A stretch of 64,000 nucleotides of DNA, from assembly GCA_902775135.1 (NCBI GenBank), contig CACYKY010000007.1:56751-120750 (forward strand), in the 5' to 3' direction. Both the position numbers and the translations under genes were made by a program. Positions 1-8,967 of the stretch are shown piece after piece; within the stretch, counting starts at the first letter, position 1; every line of letters starts with the position of its first letter. Source of the DNA: an uncultured Bacteroidota bacterium. Its GTDB lineage: Bacteria; Bacteroidota; Bacteroidia; Bacteroidales; P3. The notes under the pieces were generated by a model. That model was not told the DNA's origin, ran no database searches, and was given only the letters and a program-made list of their open reading frames with translations.

Positions 1-1
1 G

Positions 2-460
2 GGTGAGCCCACAGAGGTGATGTACCAGATGATAGAGGTGGTCAACGCCATCCTCCCCATGGACCGCCCCCGCTACCTGATGGGTGTCGGCACACCGCAG
101 AACCTGCTGGAAGCCATCGAACGGGGCGTGGACATGTTCGACTGTGTGATGCCCACACGCAACGGCCGCAACGGCCTGCTGTTCACCGCCGAAGGCACCA
201 TCAACATCAAGAACAAGAAGTGGGAGTCGTGCTTCGAGCCCATAGACCTCACCTCCACCGCCGAAGCCGACCGCGTATACACCCTCGCCTACCTCCACCA
301 CCTCATCCGCGCCGAAGAGATCCTGGGACTCCAGGTGTGCTCCATCCACAACCTGAGGTTCTACCTCTGGCTTGTCGGCGAGGCAAGGAAGCACATCCTC
401 GCAGGCGACTACTCCAGCTGGAAGGGCCGCATGGTGCAACAGCTCGGTCGCAGATTGTAA
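2..460 (+). CDS. tgt: tRNA-guanine(34) transglycosylase (queuine tRNA-ribosyltransferase), C-terminal ~150 aa; 5' end lies left of the window
   Basis: Frame open from window edge to TAA 458-460. DRPRYLMGVGTPQNLLEAIERGVDMFDCVMPTRNGRNG and CSIHNLRFYLWL are hallmark Tgt segments. Confidence 0.9.
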   Translation, partial: GEPTEVMYQMIEVVNAILPMDRPRYLMGVGTPQNLLEAIERGVDMFDCVMPTRNGRNGLLFTAEGTINIKNKKWESCFEPIDLTSTAEADRVYTLAYLHHLIRAEEILGLQVCSIHNLRFYLWLVGEARKHILAGDYSSWKGRMVQQLGRRL

Positions 461-474
461 AAACGAAAACCCAT

Positions 475-510
475 ACGGCTGTCAAACAATCATTTGGCAG
501 CCGTTTCTTC
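475..510 (+). terminator. putative intrinsic terminator after tgt
   Basis: 7-bp stem ACGGCTG (475-481) / CAGCCGT (498-504) followed by TTCTTC, 15 nt after the tgt stop. Confidence 0.4.
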
Positions 511-618
511 AACCATCAATTCAAGCCTGTTTCTTTCGGCCGAAACGCCGTTTTCGTCATGTTGAATACTTGTTGATATTTTACATGACAAAGAGGATAC
601 CTATTGATAAAAAATATG

Positions 619-626
619 TAATTTTG
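619..626 (+). promoter_or_regulatory. Bacteroidota -7 promoter box (TAnnTTTG)
   Basis: TAATTTTG lies 24 nt upstream of ATG 650. Confidence 0.45.
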
Positions 627-649
627 TAGGCTGAAACAAACGATGACAA

Positions 650-1819
650 ATGTTCGACTTTTCACATTTTCTACCTGACACACAATCTATTGTGTTTGCC
701 GCTTTGCTGATGCTGGCCATGATTTTCTGCTGCCTCTACTACGGCCTGTTCCATTTCCGCATCGGCCGGTGGCACCGCAAAGCTAAACCCACCGAGGGTA
801 CGGGCAACCTCTCGAAGGACGCCCTGCCTCCCGTGAGCGTGGTGCTGACAGCACACAACGACGTAACCTGGCTGAAAGAGAACCTGGTGTACCTCCTGGA
901 GCAGGACTATCCTGACTTCGAGGTGGTGGTGGTCGACTACCTGAGTCAGGACGACACCCCCTTCGTGCTCAAGCTGCTGAAGGACTACTACCCCCACCTC
1001 AAGATTGTGCCCTTCAAGGAGGACGTGAACCTCTTCCAAGGCAAGAAGTACCCCCTCTCCATCGGCATCAAGAGCGCCAAAAACGACATCCTCCTGCTGG
1101 CCGACCCCGACTGCACGCCGAAGAACATGCAATGGCTTCGCGGCATGGTGAAGGGATACATGAAGTCGGATACCCAAATTGTGCTGGGATTCTGCGGGTT
1201 GAACCGCACGAAAACCCTGCTCGGAGCGCTGCAGCAATACGACAACCTGTCCTACAGCTCGCACTATCTCGGATGCGCCCTGCTGGGTCACCCCTACACC
1301 GGCACCGGCCGCAACCTCAGCTACCGCCGCAGCTTCTTCTTCAAACGCGGCGCCTTCATCAGCCACTACAGCGTGGCCGGCGGATCGGACGACCTCTTCA
1401 TCTACCAGAACGCCACACGCTCCAATACCGCCATCAGCATCAGCAGCGACGCCTGCCTCAGCACCGAACCCAAGAAGCACTTCGGCGAATGGCACAAGCT
1501 GCGCCTCTCACGCGTGTCGACCCGCAACTGGCACAGCGTGGGCGGCCGCATGATGGAAGACCTGCTGCCCATCAGCACCCTGCTCTTCTACACGATGGCG
1601 GCTTTACTGGCCATCGGAGGCGGCGTGCCCTGGGGCGCGGTGCTGATCGCCGTAGTGTTGAAATGGGCCTGGCAGATAGTGGCCTTCGCCCAGCTCTGCA
1701 AACGGTTTGAGGGCGGTTTGGTATACCTCGCGGCACCACTTTTTGAAATTTATTTTATCATTGCAAATACTATTTTGGTCTTAACGCCGTTAGATAATAA
1801 CAGAAAATTCAGCAAATAG
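650..1819 (+). CDS. family 2 glycosyltransferase, membrane-bound
   Basis: 389-aa ORF. N-terminal TM helix, then VSVVLTAHNDVTWLKENLVYLLEQDYPDFEVVVVDYLSQDDT (GT2 Rossmann/DxD region). C-terminal TM helices. Confidence 0.8.
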   Translation: MFDFSHFLPDTQSIVFAALLMLAMIFCCLYYGLFHFRIGRWHRKAKPTEGTGNLSKDALPPVSVVLTAHNDVTWLKENLVYLLEQDYPDFEVVVVDYLSQDDTPFVLKLLKDYYPHLKIVPFKEDVNLFQGKKYPLSIGIKSAKNDILLLADPDCTPKNMQWLRGMVKGYMKSDTQIVLGFCGLNRTKTLLGALQQYDNLSYSSHYLGCALLGHPYTGTGRNLSYRRSFFFKRGAFISHYSVAGGSDDLFIYQNATRSNTAISISSDACLSTEPKKHFGEWHKLRLSRVSTRNWHSVGGRMMEDLLPISTLLFYTMAALLAIGGGVPWGAVLIAVVLKWAWQIVAFAQLCKRFEGGLVYLAAPLFEIYFIIANTILVLTPLDNNRKFSK

Positions 1820-1862
1820 GTCTCCACCGAGAACCTTTTGCCCACAGAAAACGACGCCGAAC

Positions 1863-2471
1863 ATGGAGCCAAAGACAGAGAAATCGGAACGCATACAGCT
1901 TGACTATCAGCTGGTTTGCGACGCCCGAGACCGAGGGAGCCACAAGGCCTTTGCCGCCCTGATGGCCTCCTATCGCGAGCCGCTATACCTGCTGCTGCTC
2001 CGTATGACCCACAACACCACGACGGCGGCGGACCTCACCATGGAGACCTTCAGCAAGGCTTTCCTGCAGCTGAACCGCTACGCCCCCACGGGGTCGTTCA
2101 GCTCATGGCTCTTCTCCATAGGCGTCAACACCTATATCGACTACCTTCGCAAACGCCGCCCCGACACCGTCTCGCTGGGCAGCATCACCCGCACCAGCGA
2201 CGGCGACTTCATCGAATACCAGATTCCCTCCGGCCAACCCAATCCGGAAGAAGACCTCATACGCCGCCAGCGCGACGCGGCGCTGAAAGAGGTGGTGGCG
2301 GAACTCAAGGAACCCTATCGACGTATCATAGAGATGCGCTACTACGAGGACCTCAGCTACGAGGAAATCGCCGAGCGCCTCAAACTGCCCCTGGGCACCG
2401 TCAAGGTGCGCCTGATGAGGGCCAAAACGCTGCTCGCCAGCATAGTGAAAGAAAGGGGCGACGTGATATGA
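1863..2471 (+). CDS. RNA polymerase ECF-type sigma-70 factor
   Basis: 202 aa. Region 2 (FSSWLFSIGVNTYIDYLRKRR) and region 4 HTH (YYEDLSYEEIAERLKLPLGTVKVRLMRAK). Confidence 0.9.
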   Translation: MEPKTEKSERIQLDYQLVCDARDRGSHKAFAALMASYREPLYLLLLRMTHNTTTAADLTMETFSKAFLQLNRYAPTGSFSSWLFSIGVNTYIDYLRKRRPDTVSLGSITRTSDGDFIEYQIPSGQPNPEEDLIRRQRDAALKEVVAELKEPYRRIIEMRYYEDLSYEEIAERLKLPLGTVKVRLMRAKTLLASIVKERGDVI

Positions 2472-3352
2472 AACGGATGTGCATGGTGCTGGCCTTGATC
2501 ATGGCCACAACGGCCGCTCTGGCCGACGACGACGGCGTTCCGAGGCCCGGGCCTACGGGCCTCTCTGTCTTTGCCAACGCCGGCGCCATATGGGCCAGCG
2601 ACGTCAACGCCAATTTCTACTCCGGCCGTCCGGAAAACGCCAACACCATCAACCGCGTGCTCCACAGCAACAGCTACGGCACACAAATATGGAACGACCT
2701 CCGCAACGACGGCCTCATCTCCTCGGCCATCGGCAGCTACAGCGAGCTGCAGGTCATCGAATACCCTGAGATGTACTACCGCACCTCCTACAACATCGGC
2801 TTGGGCATCCGCTACGACTACGCCAGCGGCTTCGGATGGCTGCTGCGCTTCGACATGTGGAGGCTCGAAGCCATCGGTGCCTTCAACCTCAGCAGCAACA
2901 ACGGCACAGGCATCCTCAGCGGCAACCACCAGTACATACGCTGCGGCATGCTCGGCAAGGAAGACCGTATCAGCATCGACCTGGCACTCACGCGCACCGT
3001 CGACCTCGGCTCCGGCCTCTGCCTCGAGGTGGACCTCGGCGCCAGCCTCAACAACACCAAGGTGAAGGACAACCTGATGGAGATCGACGGCAGGACCTAT
3101 TCCATCCTCGACATCTGGAACGGCAGCACACCTGACGTCGGCGCCGGCAGCTACGACTACGTCAACCAGGGCGGCATAGGCTTCGGTGTCTTCATGAGCG
3201 GCTACCTCGGCTATCGCATTACGGGCGTGGGAGCCATCAAGGCGGGCTACACCTGCCACCACAGCCAAGCCAAGCTGCCCAACTACGACGGATGGGGATG
3301 GACCCACTGTCTGAACGTTAGATTTGAAATCAATAATTTTAGTTTTTTATAA
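2468..3352 (+). CDS. hypothetical secreted protein, probable outer-membrane beta-barrel
   Basis: ATG 2468 overlaps the sigma stop (ATGA). Signal peptide MKRMCMVLALIMATTAALA, alternating aromatic/Gly-rich strands, C-terminal aromatic residues (NVRFEINNFSFL). The track ORF 1916-3352 is an upstream extension in the same frame that overlaps the sigma gene. Confidence 0.7.
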   Translation: MKRMCMVLALIMATTAALADDDGVPRPGPTGLSVFANAGAIWASDVNANFYSGRPENANTINRVLHSNSYGTQIWNDLRNDGLISSAIGSYSELQVIEYPEMYYRTSYNIGLGIRYDYASGFGWLLRFDMWRLEAIGAFNLSSNNGTGILSGNHQYIRCGMLGKEDRISIDLALTRTVDLGSGLCLEVDLGASLNNTKVKDNLMEIDGRTYSILDIWNGSTPDVGAGSYDYVNQGGIGFGVFMSGYLGYRITGVGAIKAGYTCHHSQAKLPNYDGWGWTHCLNVRFEINNFSFL

Positions 3353-3892
3353 ATGATAACATTTACAACATTAGCAGAAAGCGACCATTCGCACTTTGCA
3401 CAAAGCCTGTTTGAAGAGGCGTTTCCCGAACAGGAACGCCCGCCCTTCTCTAGTCTCCGGCATAGAGATGCCGGCAAATTCCATTTCCTCGTGGCCGAAA
3501 ACGGCGACGAACCGGTGGGCATCCTGACCTACTGGACTTTCGAAGACCTTGTCTACATCGAGCACTTCGCCATCGACGAAGAGCTGCGCAACCAGGGATT
3601 GGGGAAAGCGGCTTTCCTCAACTTCCTCTCGCAGCAGCAGGATCAGGTGGTGCTCGAGGTGGAAACCCCGGTGAGCGAAGAGGCCGAGCACCGCATAGAG
3701 TTCTATGCCAGCATGGGCCTGTTCAGCAATCCGCAACCCTACATGCAGCCCCCCTACCGCAAAGGCGGCAAAGAGGTGCCGATGATCATCATGTCGAAAT
3801 ACGAGTTGGACGACGACGAATTTTGCGAAATTCGCGACCTTTTATACCGCGAAGTGTACGGCGTCAACGGAAAATCGGGAAACGAAGATTGA
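3353..3892 (+). CDS. GNAT family N-acetyltransferase
   Basis: 179 aa. IEHFAIDEELRNQGLGKAAF matches the acetyl-CoA binding motif (Q/RxxGxG/A). ATG directly follows the upstream TAA. Confidence 0.8.
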   Translation: MITFTTLAESDHSHFAQSLFEEAFPEQERPPFSSLRHRDAGKFHFLVAENGDEPVGILTYWTFEDLVYIEHFAIDEELRNQGLGKAAFLNFLSQQQDQVVLEVETPVSEEAEHRIEFYASMGLFSNPQPYMQPPYRKGGKEVPMIIMSKYELDDDEFCEIRDLLYREVYGVNGKSGNED

Positions 3893-3986
3893 TTTTTTTT
3901 GCGATACAAAATATTGATTGATTGATAAATATTTTTTGAAACGAAAAATATTTGAAAAAAAATTTGGTCAGTATTAAAAAAGTTAG

Positions 3987-3994
3987 TACTTTTG
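3987..3994 (+). promoter_or_regulatory. Bacteroidota -7 promoter box for tRNA-Arg
   Basis: TACTTTTG lies 41 nt upstream of the tRNA 5' end. Confidence 0.5.
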
Positions 3995-4034
3995 CACTCG
4001 CTTTCAGGGAAAGAAAAGCCCGAAAACAGCAGAT

Positions 4035-4111
4035 GGCTCCTTAGCTCAACTGAATAGAGCATCTGACTACGGATCAGAAGGTTGCAGGTTTGAATCCTGC
4101 AGGAGTCACCA
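4035..4111 (+). tRNA. tRNA-Arg (anticodon ACG), encoded CCA
   Basis: Manual cloverleaf. Acceptor GGCTCCT/AGGAGTC (one G-T), D arm GCTC/GAGC, anticodon stem TCTGA/TCAGA with loop CTACGGA, T arm GCAGG-TTTGAAT-CCTGC, discriminator A, CCA. Confidence 0.95.
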
Positions 4112-4113
4112 CG

Positions 4114-4143
4114 AAGGAGAACGGAAACGTTCTCCTTTTTTTT
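4114..4143 (+). terminator. rho-independent terminator after tRNA-Arg
   Basis: Stem GGAGAACG / CGTTCTCC with GAAA loop, followed by T8. Confidence 0.85.
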
Positions 4144-4247
4144 GTTTCCTCCCGACGGGATGATATTCCTCCCCACAGAAAAAAAAGGCATGAAGGTCGG
4201 AGGGGTGCAGGTTGAAAAAATATTCTTTGTATGTCAAAAAAAAGATG

Positions 4248-4255
4248 TATCTTTG
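4248..4255 (+). promoter_or_regulatory. Bacteroidota -7 promoter box
   Basis: TATCTTTG lies 28 nt upstream of ATG 4283. Confidence 0.55.
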
Positions 4256-4282
4256 CACCTGTATTCGAAAACGAAACTGAGG

Positions 4283-7200
4283 ATGTCCACCACAAGCATA
4301 GTACGCGGATTGTTGTTGGCAATGATGCTGGTTGTCAACCTCTTCGGCTATGCCCGCAACGAGCGCGACACACTCGGTACGGGCACGATGGTGCTTTTTA
4401 CGGAGAACCTGGGGCAATGGGATTCGCGGGTGAACTACGCCGTGCAGCTGCATAGTGCGGCGCTGTTCCTGGAATCCGACGGCATCACGGTGGCGCTGCG
4501 TGAGCAGACAGGACATCCCGGAAACGGAGCGTGGAAACAAGGGGGTGTGCGTTGCCACGCCTACAAGATGCACTTCTTCGGGGCATCGCCCTCCTTCCCC
4601 TCAGGCCTTGACCGCAGGGAGGAATACTCGAACTACTACCTGGGCGACGACCCGAGCCGTTGGCGTTCGGGGGTGGGCAGCTACACGTCGGTGCGCTACG
4701 ACGGACTCTACCCCGGAGTGGCGCTGGAGGTGTACGGAGGTAAGAGCGCATTGAAATACAACTTCATAGTGGATGCCGGAGCCGACGCATCGGCCATAGG
4801 GATGGTGTACGAGGGTGTGGACGGCATCAGCGTGAGCAGCGAGGGAAACCTCGTTGTGCAGACAAGCGTGAGGGATGTGGTGGAACTGAAGCCCTACGTG
4901 TATCAGCGCATCAAGAATACCGAACAACGCGTGGAAAGCCGATGGAGGATGAAGAAGATGAAGGGGAACACAGATGGCGACGGCGAGCGGTGGAAAGTGT
5001 GGATAGAGGTGGGTGAATACGACCACAGCCGCGAGCTGGTGATCGACCCGGTGCTGATCTTCTCCACCTATACGGGCTCGACGGCCGACAACTGGGGCAC
5101 CACCGCCGCCTACGACTCGGAGAAGAACGTCTACACGGCGGGCCTGGTGTTCAGCATGGGGTATCCCACATCTACGGGGGCCTACCAGGACATGATAGGC
5201 GGCAGCGTGGACGTGGGAATCTTCAAGTTCGACTCCCTCGGCCAGCAACGTCTCTACGCCACCTACCTGGGCGGCAACTCGGTAGACATGCCGCACAGCC
5301 TCTTTGTGAACACCTTCGACGAGCTGATAGTGCTCGGGACAACGGGCTCGACGAACTTCCCCACGACCGTGGGAGCCTACCAGACGCAGCACAACGGGGG
5401 AACACAGATCGACTACGAGTCGAGCATCATACGCTATGCCGCCGGCAGCGACCTCTTCGTGAGCCGCCTGAAGTCCGACGGCACCCAGCTGCAGGCCTCG
5501 ACCTACATCGGCGGCAGCGGCAACGACGGATTGAACTTCCACAACCGATTCAACCAGAACATAAATGTGCTCATGATGGGCAACGACTCGCTCTACTACA
5601 ACTATGGCGACGGAGCCCGCGGAGAACTCATCACGGACAACCTGAACAACATCTATGTGGGCAGCACCACCATGAGCCTCAACTTCCCCACCACGAGTGG
5701 CTGTGTACAGCCGGCGGCACCGATGGGACAGAACGGCGTGGTCTTCAAGCTCGACCACAACCTGAAGACGCTCCTTTGGAGCACCTACCTGGGCGGCAGC
5801 GGCGACGACGCGGTGTACTCCATCGACGTCGACTCGAACTACAACCTCCTGGTTTGCGGAGGGACGAACAGCACCAACTTCCCTACCACCGAGGGTGCCT
5901 GGCAGGAGAACTACGGCGGCGGCTCGGCCGACGGATTCGTGTGCAAGATATCGTACAACGGCGACCGCCTGATGGCGTCGACCTTCGTGGGCATGAGCGA
6001 CTACGACCAGCTCTACTTCGTGCGCGCCGGCAAGCGCAACGAGGTGTTCCTCTTCGGCCAGACAAAACCCATGGGCAACGGGGCCTTCATCTACAACGCA
6101 GGATACAGCGTGTACAACAGCGGCATGCTGCTGATGCGCATGCTGCCCGACCTGAGCGGGAGGGTGTGGAGCACCACCTTCGGCTCCCCCGGACGCATCA
6201 ACCTCTCGCCCACAGCCTTTGCGGCAGACATCTGCAACAGGGTGTACCTTGCGGGATGGGGACGCGACTTCGTGGGCTATTCGGGAATTCCCTGGTACAC
6301 GATGGGCACCACGGGTATGGAGACGACAGCGGATGCCTGGATGGACACCACCGACGGACAGGATTTCTATCTGATGAGCATCGATGCCGACGCCAACCAG
6401 CTGGAGTATGCCACCTTCTTCGGCGAGACCCACAGCTCGACTCAGTCGCGCGGCGGCGGAGACCATGTGGACGGCGGCACCTCGAGGTTCGACCGCCTGG
6501 CGACACTCTACCAGTCGGTGTGCGGATCGTGCGGCGGCACGCAGGGATTCCCCACCACAGCAGGCGCCTGGAGCAGCAGCAACCAGGCGGACAACTGCAA
6601 CAACGCCTTGTTCCGTTTCAACGTAACCAACGATTTCCCGGTGGCAGAGTTTGTCCCGCCGACGGCGGGATGCGCGCCCTACACGGTGAACTTCCACAAT
6701 ACCGGTCGCGGTACGGCCTACCGCTGGAACTTCGGCGACGGCAGCACCTCGACAGAGAAGAACCCCACACACACCTACAGCCAGGGAGGCCTCTACACGG
6801 TCACCCTGATAGCGACCATGCCGGGCGGATGCGCCGAAGCCGACACACAACGGCACACGGTGCACGTGATAGGCGACGGCGGCTACAGCTTCGCACCCCT
6901 CATCGCCTGTGCGGGCGCACGCATACAGATAGGCATGCAACCCCAGATTGGCGCCACCTACCAGTGGCTCAACAACAACGTCAGCGACCCGACGGTGGCG
7001 AACCCATGGGTGAACGAGACGGGGGTGTACCTGCTGCGGGTGTCGGCACCGGGATGCAGCGAGATGGACACCTTCGAGGTGCTCAACTATTCGCTGATAG
7101 ACCGTTGCACGGCAGGATTGATCTCATGCCATGATTCCGCCGACGGCAGCATCACGCTGGAGCTGGGACAAGGGATAGAGGCCGACTCCATCAGCATCGC

Positions 7201-8065
7201 CATCAGCCCCTTCGCCACAGGCTCGTACAGCGGGCGCAACTACATCGTGGGCGGATTGGCGGCAGGGAGATACCATGTGACGGTGGAAGGCTACGGGTGC
7301 ACCTACGAGCAGGACGTCACGTTGAACAATCCAGCCACACCCAACTATACCAAGGAGATGTCGGACGTGCTGTGCAACGACAGCTGCACAGGATGGTACC
7401 GCATTGTGTACCAGGATGGCGGGCAGGCGAAGGACACGCTGTTTGAGGGCCTCTGCACCGGGACCTACGTCGCCGAACTCTCCTCCGACGGATGTCCGTT
7501 GCGAGACACCACCGTCATACGGCGTAGCCACCAGCTCGACGGATTCCACGCTTGGGCCGACCGCTCGAGCATATACATAGGGCAGACGGTCACCCTCTAT
7601 TCCACCGAGATAGAAGGTGCCACCTACCGCTGGAGCCCCGCGACAGACCTGGAGACCCCCACCGCCGCCAGCACCCAGGCCACCCCCATGGACACGTTGG
7701 TGTGCTACACGGTGGAGGTGACGGGGAGCGACGGCTGCAAGGCTTCGGACACGGTGTGCCTCCGCAGCACCATGCTGGTATGCGGCGAACCCGACTACCA
7801 CATACCCAACGCCTTCACCCCCAACAACGATGGCATCAACGACGAGGTGGACTTCGGTAGCCCCATCCTGTCGGAAATCCATGTGGCCATCTTCAACCGC
7901 TGGGGCCAATGTGTGTATGAGAGCGACGACCCGACCAACTGCCGGTGGAACGGCATCTACAAAGACAACGCCTGCCTGCCGGGCGTATACACCTACACCT
8001 GTCGTATCCGCTGCCACAACGGCGTGGAAACCGAGCTGAAAGGCGACATCACCCTTATACTGTGA
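4283..8065 (+). CDS. large secreted beta-propeller-repeat / PKD-domain protein with T9SS type B (gliding-motility-associated) C-terminal sorting domain
   Basis: Start chosen at MSTTSIVRGLLLAMMLVVNLFGYA (signal peptide). Repeated STYLGGSG..D..Y motifs (SBBP-type propeller repeats). PKD segment YTVNFHNTG..WNFGDGSTSTEKNPTHTYSQGGLYTVTL. C-terminus IPNAFTPNNDGINDEV...IFNRWGQCVY...WNG...PGVYTY...KGDITLIL is the type B CTD. Confidence 0.85.
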   Translation: MSTTSIVRGLLLAMMLVVNLFGYARNERDTLGTGTMVLFTENLGQWDSRVNYAVQLHSAALFLESDGITVALREQTGHPGNGAWKQGGVRCHAYKMHFFGASPSFPSGLDRREEYSNYYLGDDPSRWRSGVGSYTSVRYDGLYPGVALEVYGGKSALKYNFIVDAGADASAIGMVYEGVDGISVSSEGNLVVQTSVRDVVELKPYVYQRIKNTEQRVESRWRMKKMKGNTDGDGERWKVWIEVGEYDHSRELVIDPVLIFSTYTGSTADNWGTTAAYDSEKNVYTAGLVFSMGYPTSTGAYQDMIGGSVDVGIFKFDSLGQQRLYATYLGGNSVDMPHSLFVNTFDELIVLGTTGSTNFPTTVGAYQTQHNGGTQIDYESSIIRYAAGSDLFVSRLKSDGTQLQASTYIGGSGNDGLNFHNRFNQNINVLMMGNDSLYYNYGDGARGELITDNLNNIYVGSTTMSLNFPTTSGCVQPAAPMGQNGVVFKLDHNLKTLLWSTYLGGSGDDAVYSIDVDSNYNLLVCGGTNSTNFPTTEGAWQENYGGGSADGFVCKISYNGDRLMASTFVGMSDYDQLYFVRAGKRNEVFLFGQTKPMGNGAFIYNAGYSVYNSGMLLMRMLPDLSGRVWSTTFGSPGRINLSPTAFAADICNRVYLAGWGRDFVGYSGIPWYTMGTTGMETTADAWMDTTDGQDFYLMSIDADANQLEYATFFGETHSSTQSRGGGDHVDGGTSRFDRLATLYQSVCGSCGGTQGFPTTAGAWSSSNQADNCNNALFRFNVTNDFPVAEFVPPTAGCAPYTVNFHNTGRGTAYRWNFGDGSTSTEKNPTHTYSQGGLYTVTLIATMPGGCAEADTQRHTVHVIGDGGYSFAPLIACAGARIQIGMQPQIGATYQWLNNNVSDPTVANPWVNETGVYLLRVSAPGCSEMDTFEVLNYSLIDRCTAGLISCHDSADGSITLELGQGIEADSISIAISPFATGSYSGRNYIVGGLAAGRYHVTVEGYGCTYEQDVTLNNPATPNYTKEMSDVLCNDSCTGWYRIVYQDGGQAKDTLFEGLCTGTYVAELSSDGCPLRDTTVIRRSHQLDGFHAWADRSSIYIGQTVTLYSTEIEGATYRWSPATDLETPTAASTQATPMDTLVCYTVEVTGSDGCKASDTVCLRSTMLVCGEPDYHIPNAFTPNNDGINDEVDFGSPILSEIHVAIFNRWGQCVYESDDPTNCRWNGIYKDNACLPGVYTYTCRIRCHNGVETELKGDITLIL

Positions 8066-8073
8066 CTCTGGCT

Positions 8074-8862
8074 ATGAAGAAGGAGAAGAAAGACCAGTTC
8101 ATAGCCCTTTGTGCCGACGACCTCGACGAGGCCCGCCGGCTGCTGCCCTACGCCCAACGCCTCTCGGCGGCTTTCCACAAGGGCATCATCCTCTTCACCT
8201 GCAGCGCCGACGGCGACCAATGGGTGGACCTCGTGGAATGCCCGCATGTCGTGCTGCGGGGCGAATGGAGCGACGCCATAGAGGCGATGCCTGTGGCTTT
8301 CAATGTGGTGCTGGCCATTGTCGCCTGCAACCCCAAGGCCCCTCGCCATTCCCTTGCCCATCCACGACAGTTGCTGAAGAGTTTCCGCCAATCGAAGGTG
8401 GCCTATCTGGCCATCCCCTCCGCCGCCGGAGAGTGGCGTAGCGAACGAGTGGCACTCACCCTCGACCACCAACGCGAGAGCAAGGAGAAACTCCTCTGGG
8501 CCTCCTATATGGCTCGCTTCTGCAGCAGCGCCATCCATGTCTACCACATCCCCTACACCGACCCCGACTTCCGCAACAGGCTGAACAACAATATCCGTTA
8601 TCTCGACAAGATATTCTCGTCGCTCGCGCTCTCTTACGAGCTGCACCCCCTCCAGGGAGGCAGCCAGTTTGCCCACCCCGACCTCAAAGCCCTTGGAGAG
8701 GTGGAATGCGACCTGTTCATCTCGCTGGTGACCGACGTACGCGACCGCGATGTGCTCGACACCCTGCTGCCTCCCCCACCCTTGCGTCTGCTGCGTTCCT
8801 CGTCGGCCACACCCATCCTCTTCCTCAACCAGAGAGACGACCTCTACATCATGTGCGATTGA
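8074..8862 (+). CDS. hypothetical cytoplasmic protein (possibly tandem USP-like alpha/beta fold; function unknown)
   Basis: ATG 8074 (MKKEKKDQFIAL) lies 9 nt after the upstream stop. G+C-rich third positions. No motif I can assign firmly. Confidence 0.65.
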   Translation: MKKEKKDQFIALCADDLDEARRLLPYAQRLSAAFHKGIILFTCSADGDQWVDLVECPHVVLRGEWSDAIEAMPVAFNVVLAIVACNPKAPRHSLAHPRQLLKSFRQSKVAYLAIPSAAGEWRSERVALTLDHQRESKEKLLWASYMARFCSSAIHVYHIPYTDPDFRNRLNNNIRYLDKIFSSLALSYELHPLQGGSQFAHPDLKALGEVECDLFISLVTDVRDRDVLDTLLPPPPLRLLRSSSATPILFLNQRDDLYIMCD

Positions 8863-8893
8863 AAAATAATCGCCATTATTCGGATTTTTTTCG

Positions 8894-8901
8894 TATATTT
8901 G
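8894..8901 (+). promoter_or_regulatory. Bacteroidota -7 promoter box
   Basis: TATATTTG lies 67 nt upstream of ATG 8968. Confidence 0.5.
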
Positions 8902-8967
8902 CATTGACTATATATTAACACGCATATTATAATTTATTGAATACGAATAATAAAAACTTGAAATAGC

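Noticed and set aside
1916-2467. N-terminal 184 codons of track ORF 1916-3352
   Set aside because: This segment overlaps the well-supported ECF sigma gene in another frame and translates to Pro/Arg/His-rich sequence. A signal-peptide-bearing ATG at 2468 with an ATGA overlap is the sensible start.
3754-4573. Minus-strand ORFs (145, 82 and 155 aa) around the tRNA
   Set aside because: They overlap tRNA-Arg, its terminator and the promoter/5' end of the cargo gene. They have no motifs and lie in AT-rich intergenic sequence.
4601-6940. 779-aa minus-strand ORF (plus 5776-7134 and 7124-8017) overlapping the T9SS type-B cargo gene
   Set aside because: These are antisense or off-frame shadow ORFs typical of ~60% G+C coding DNA. 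The translations are Arg/Ala/Gly/Val-rich low-complexity sequence with no motifs. The plus-strand frame has a signal peptide, PKD and CTD motifs.
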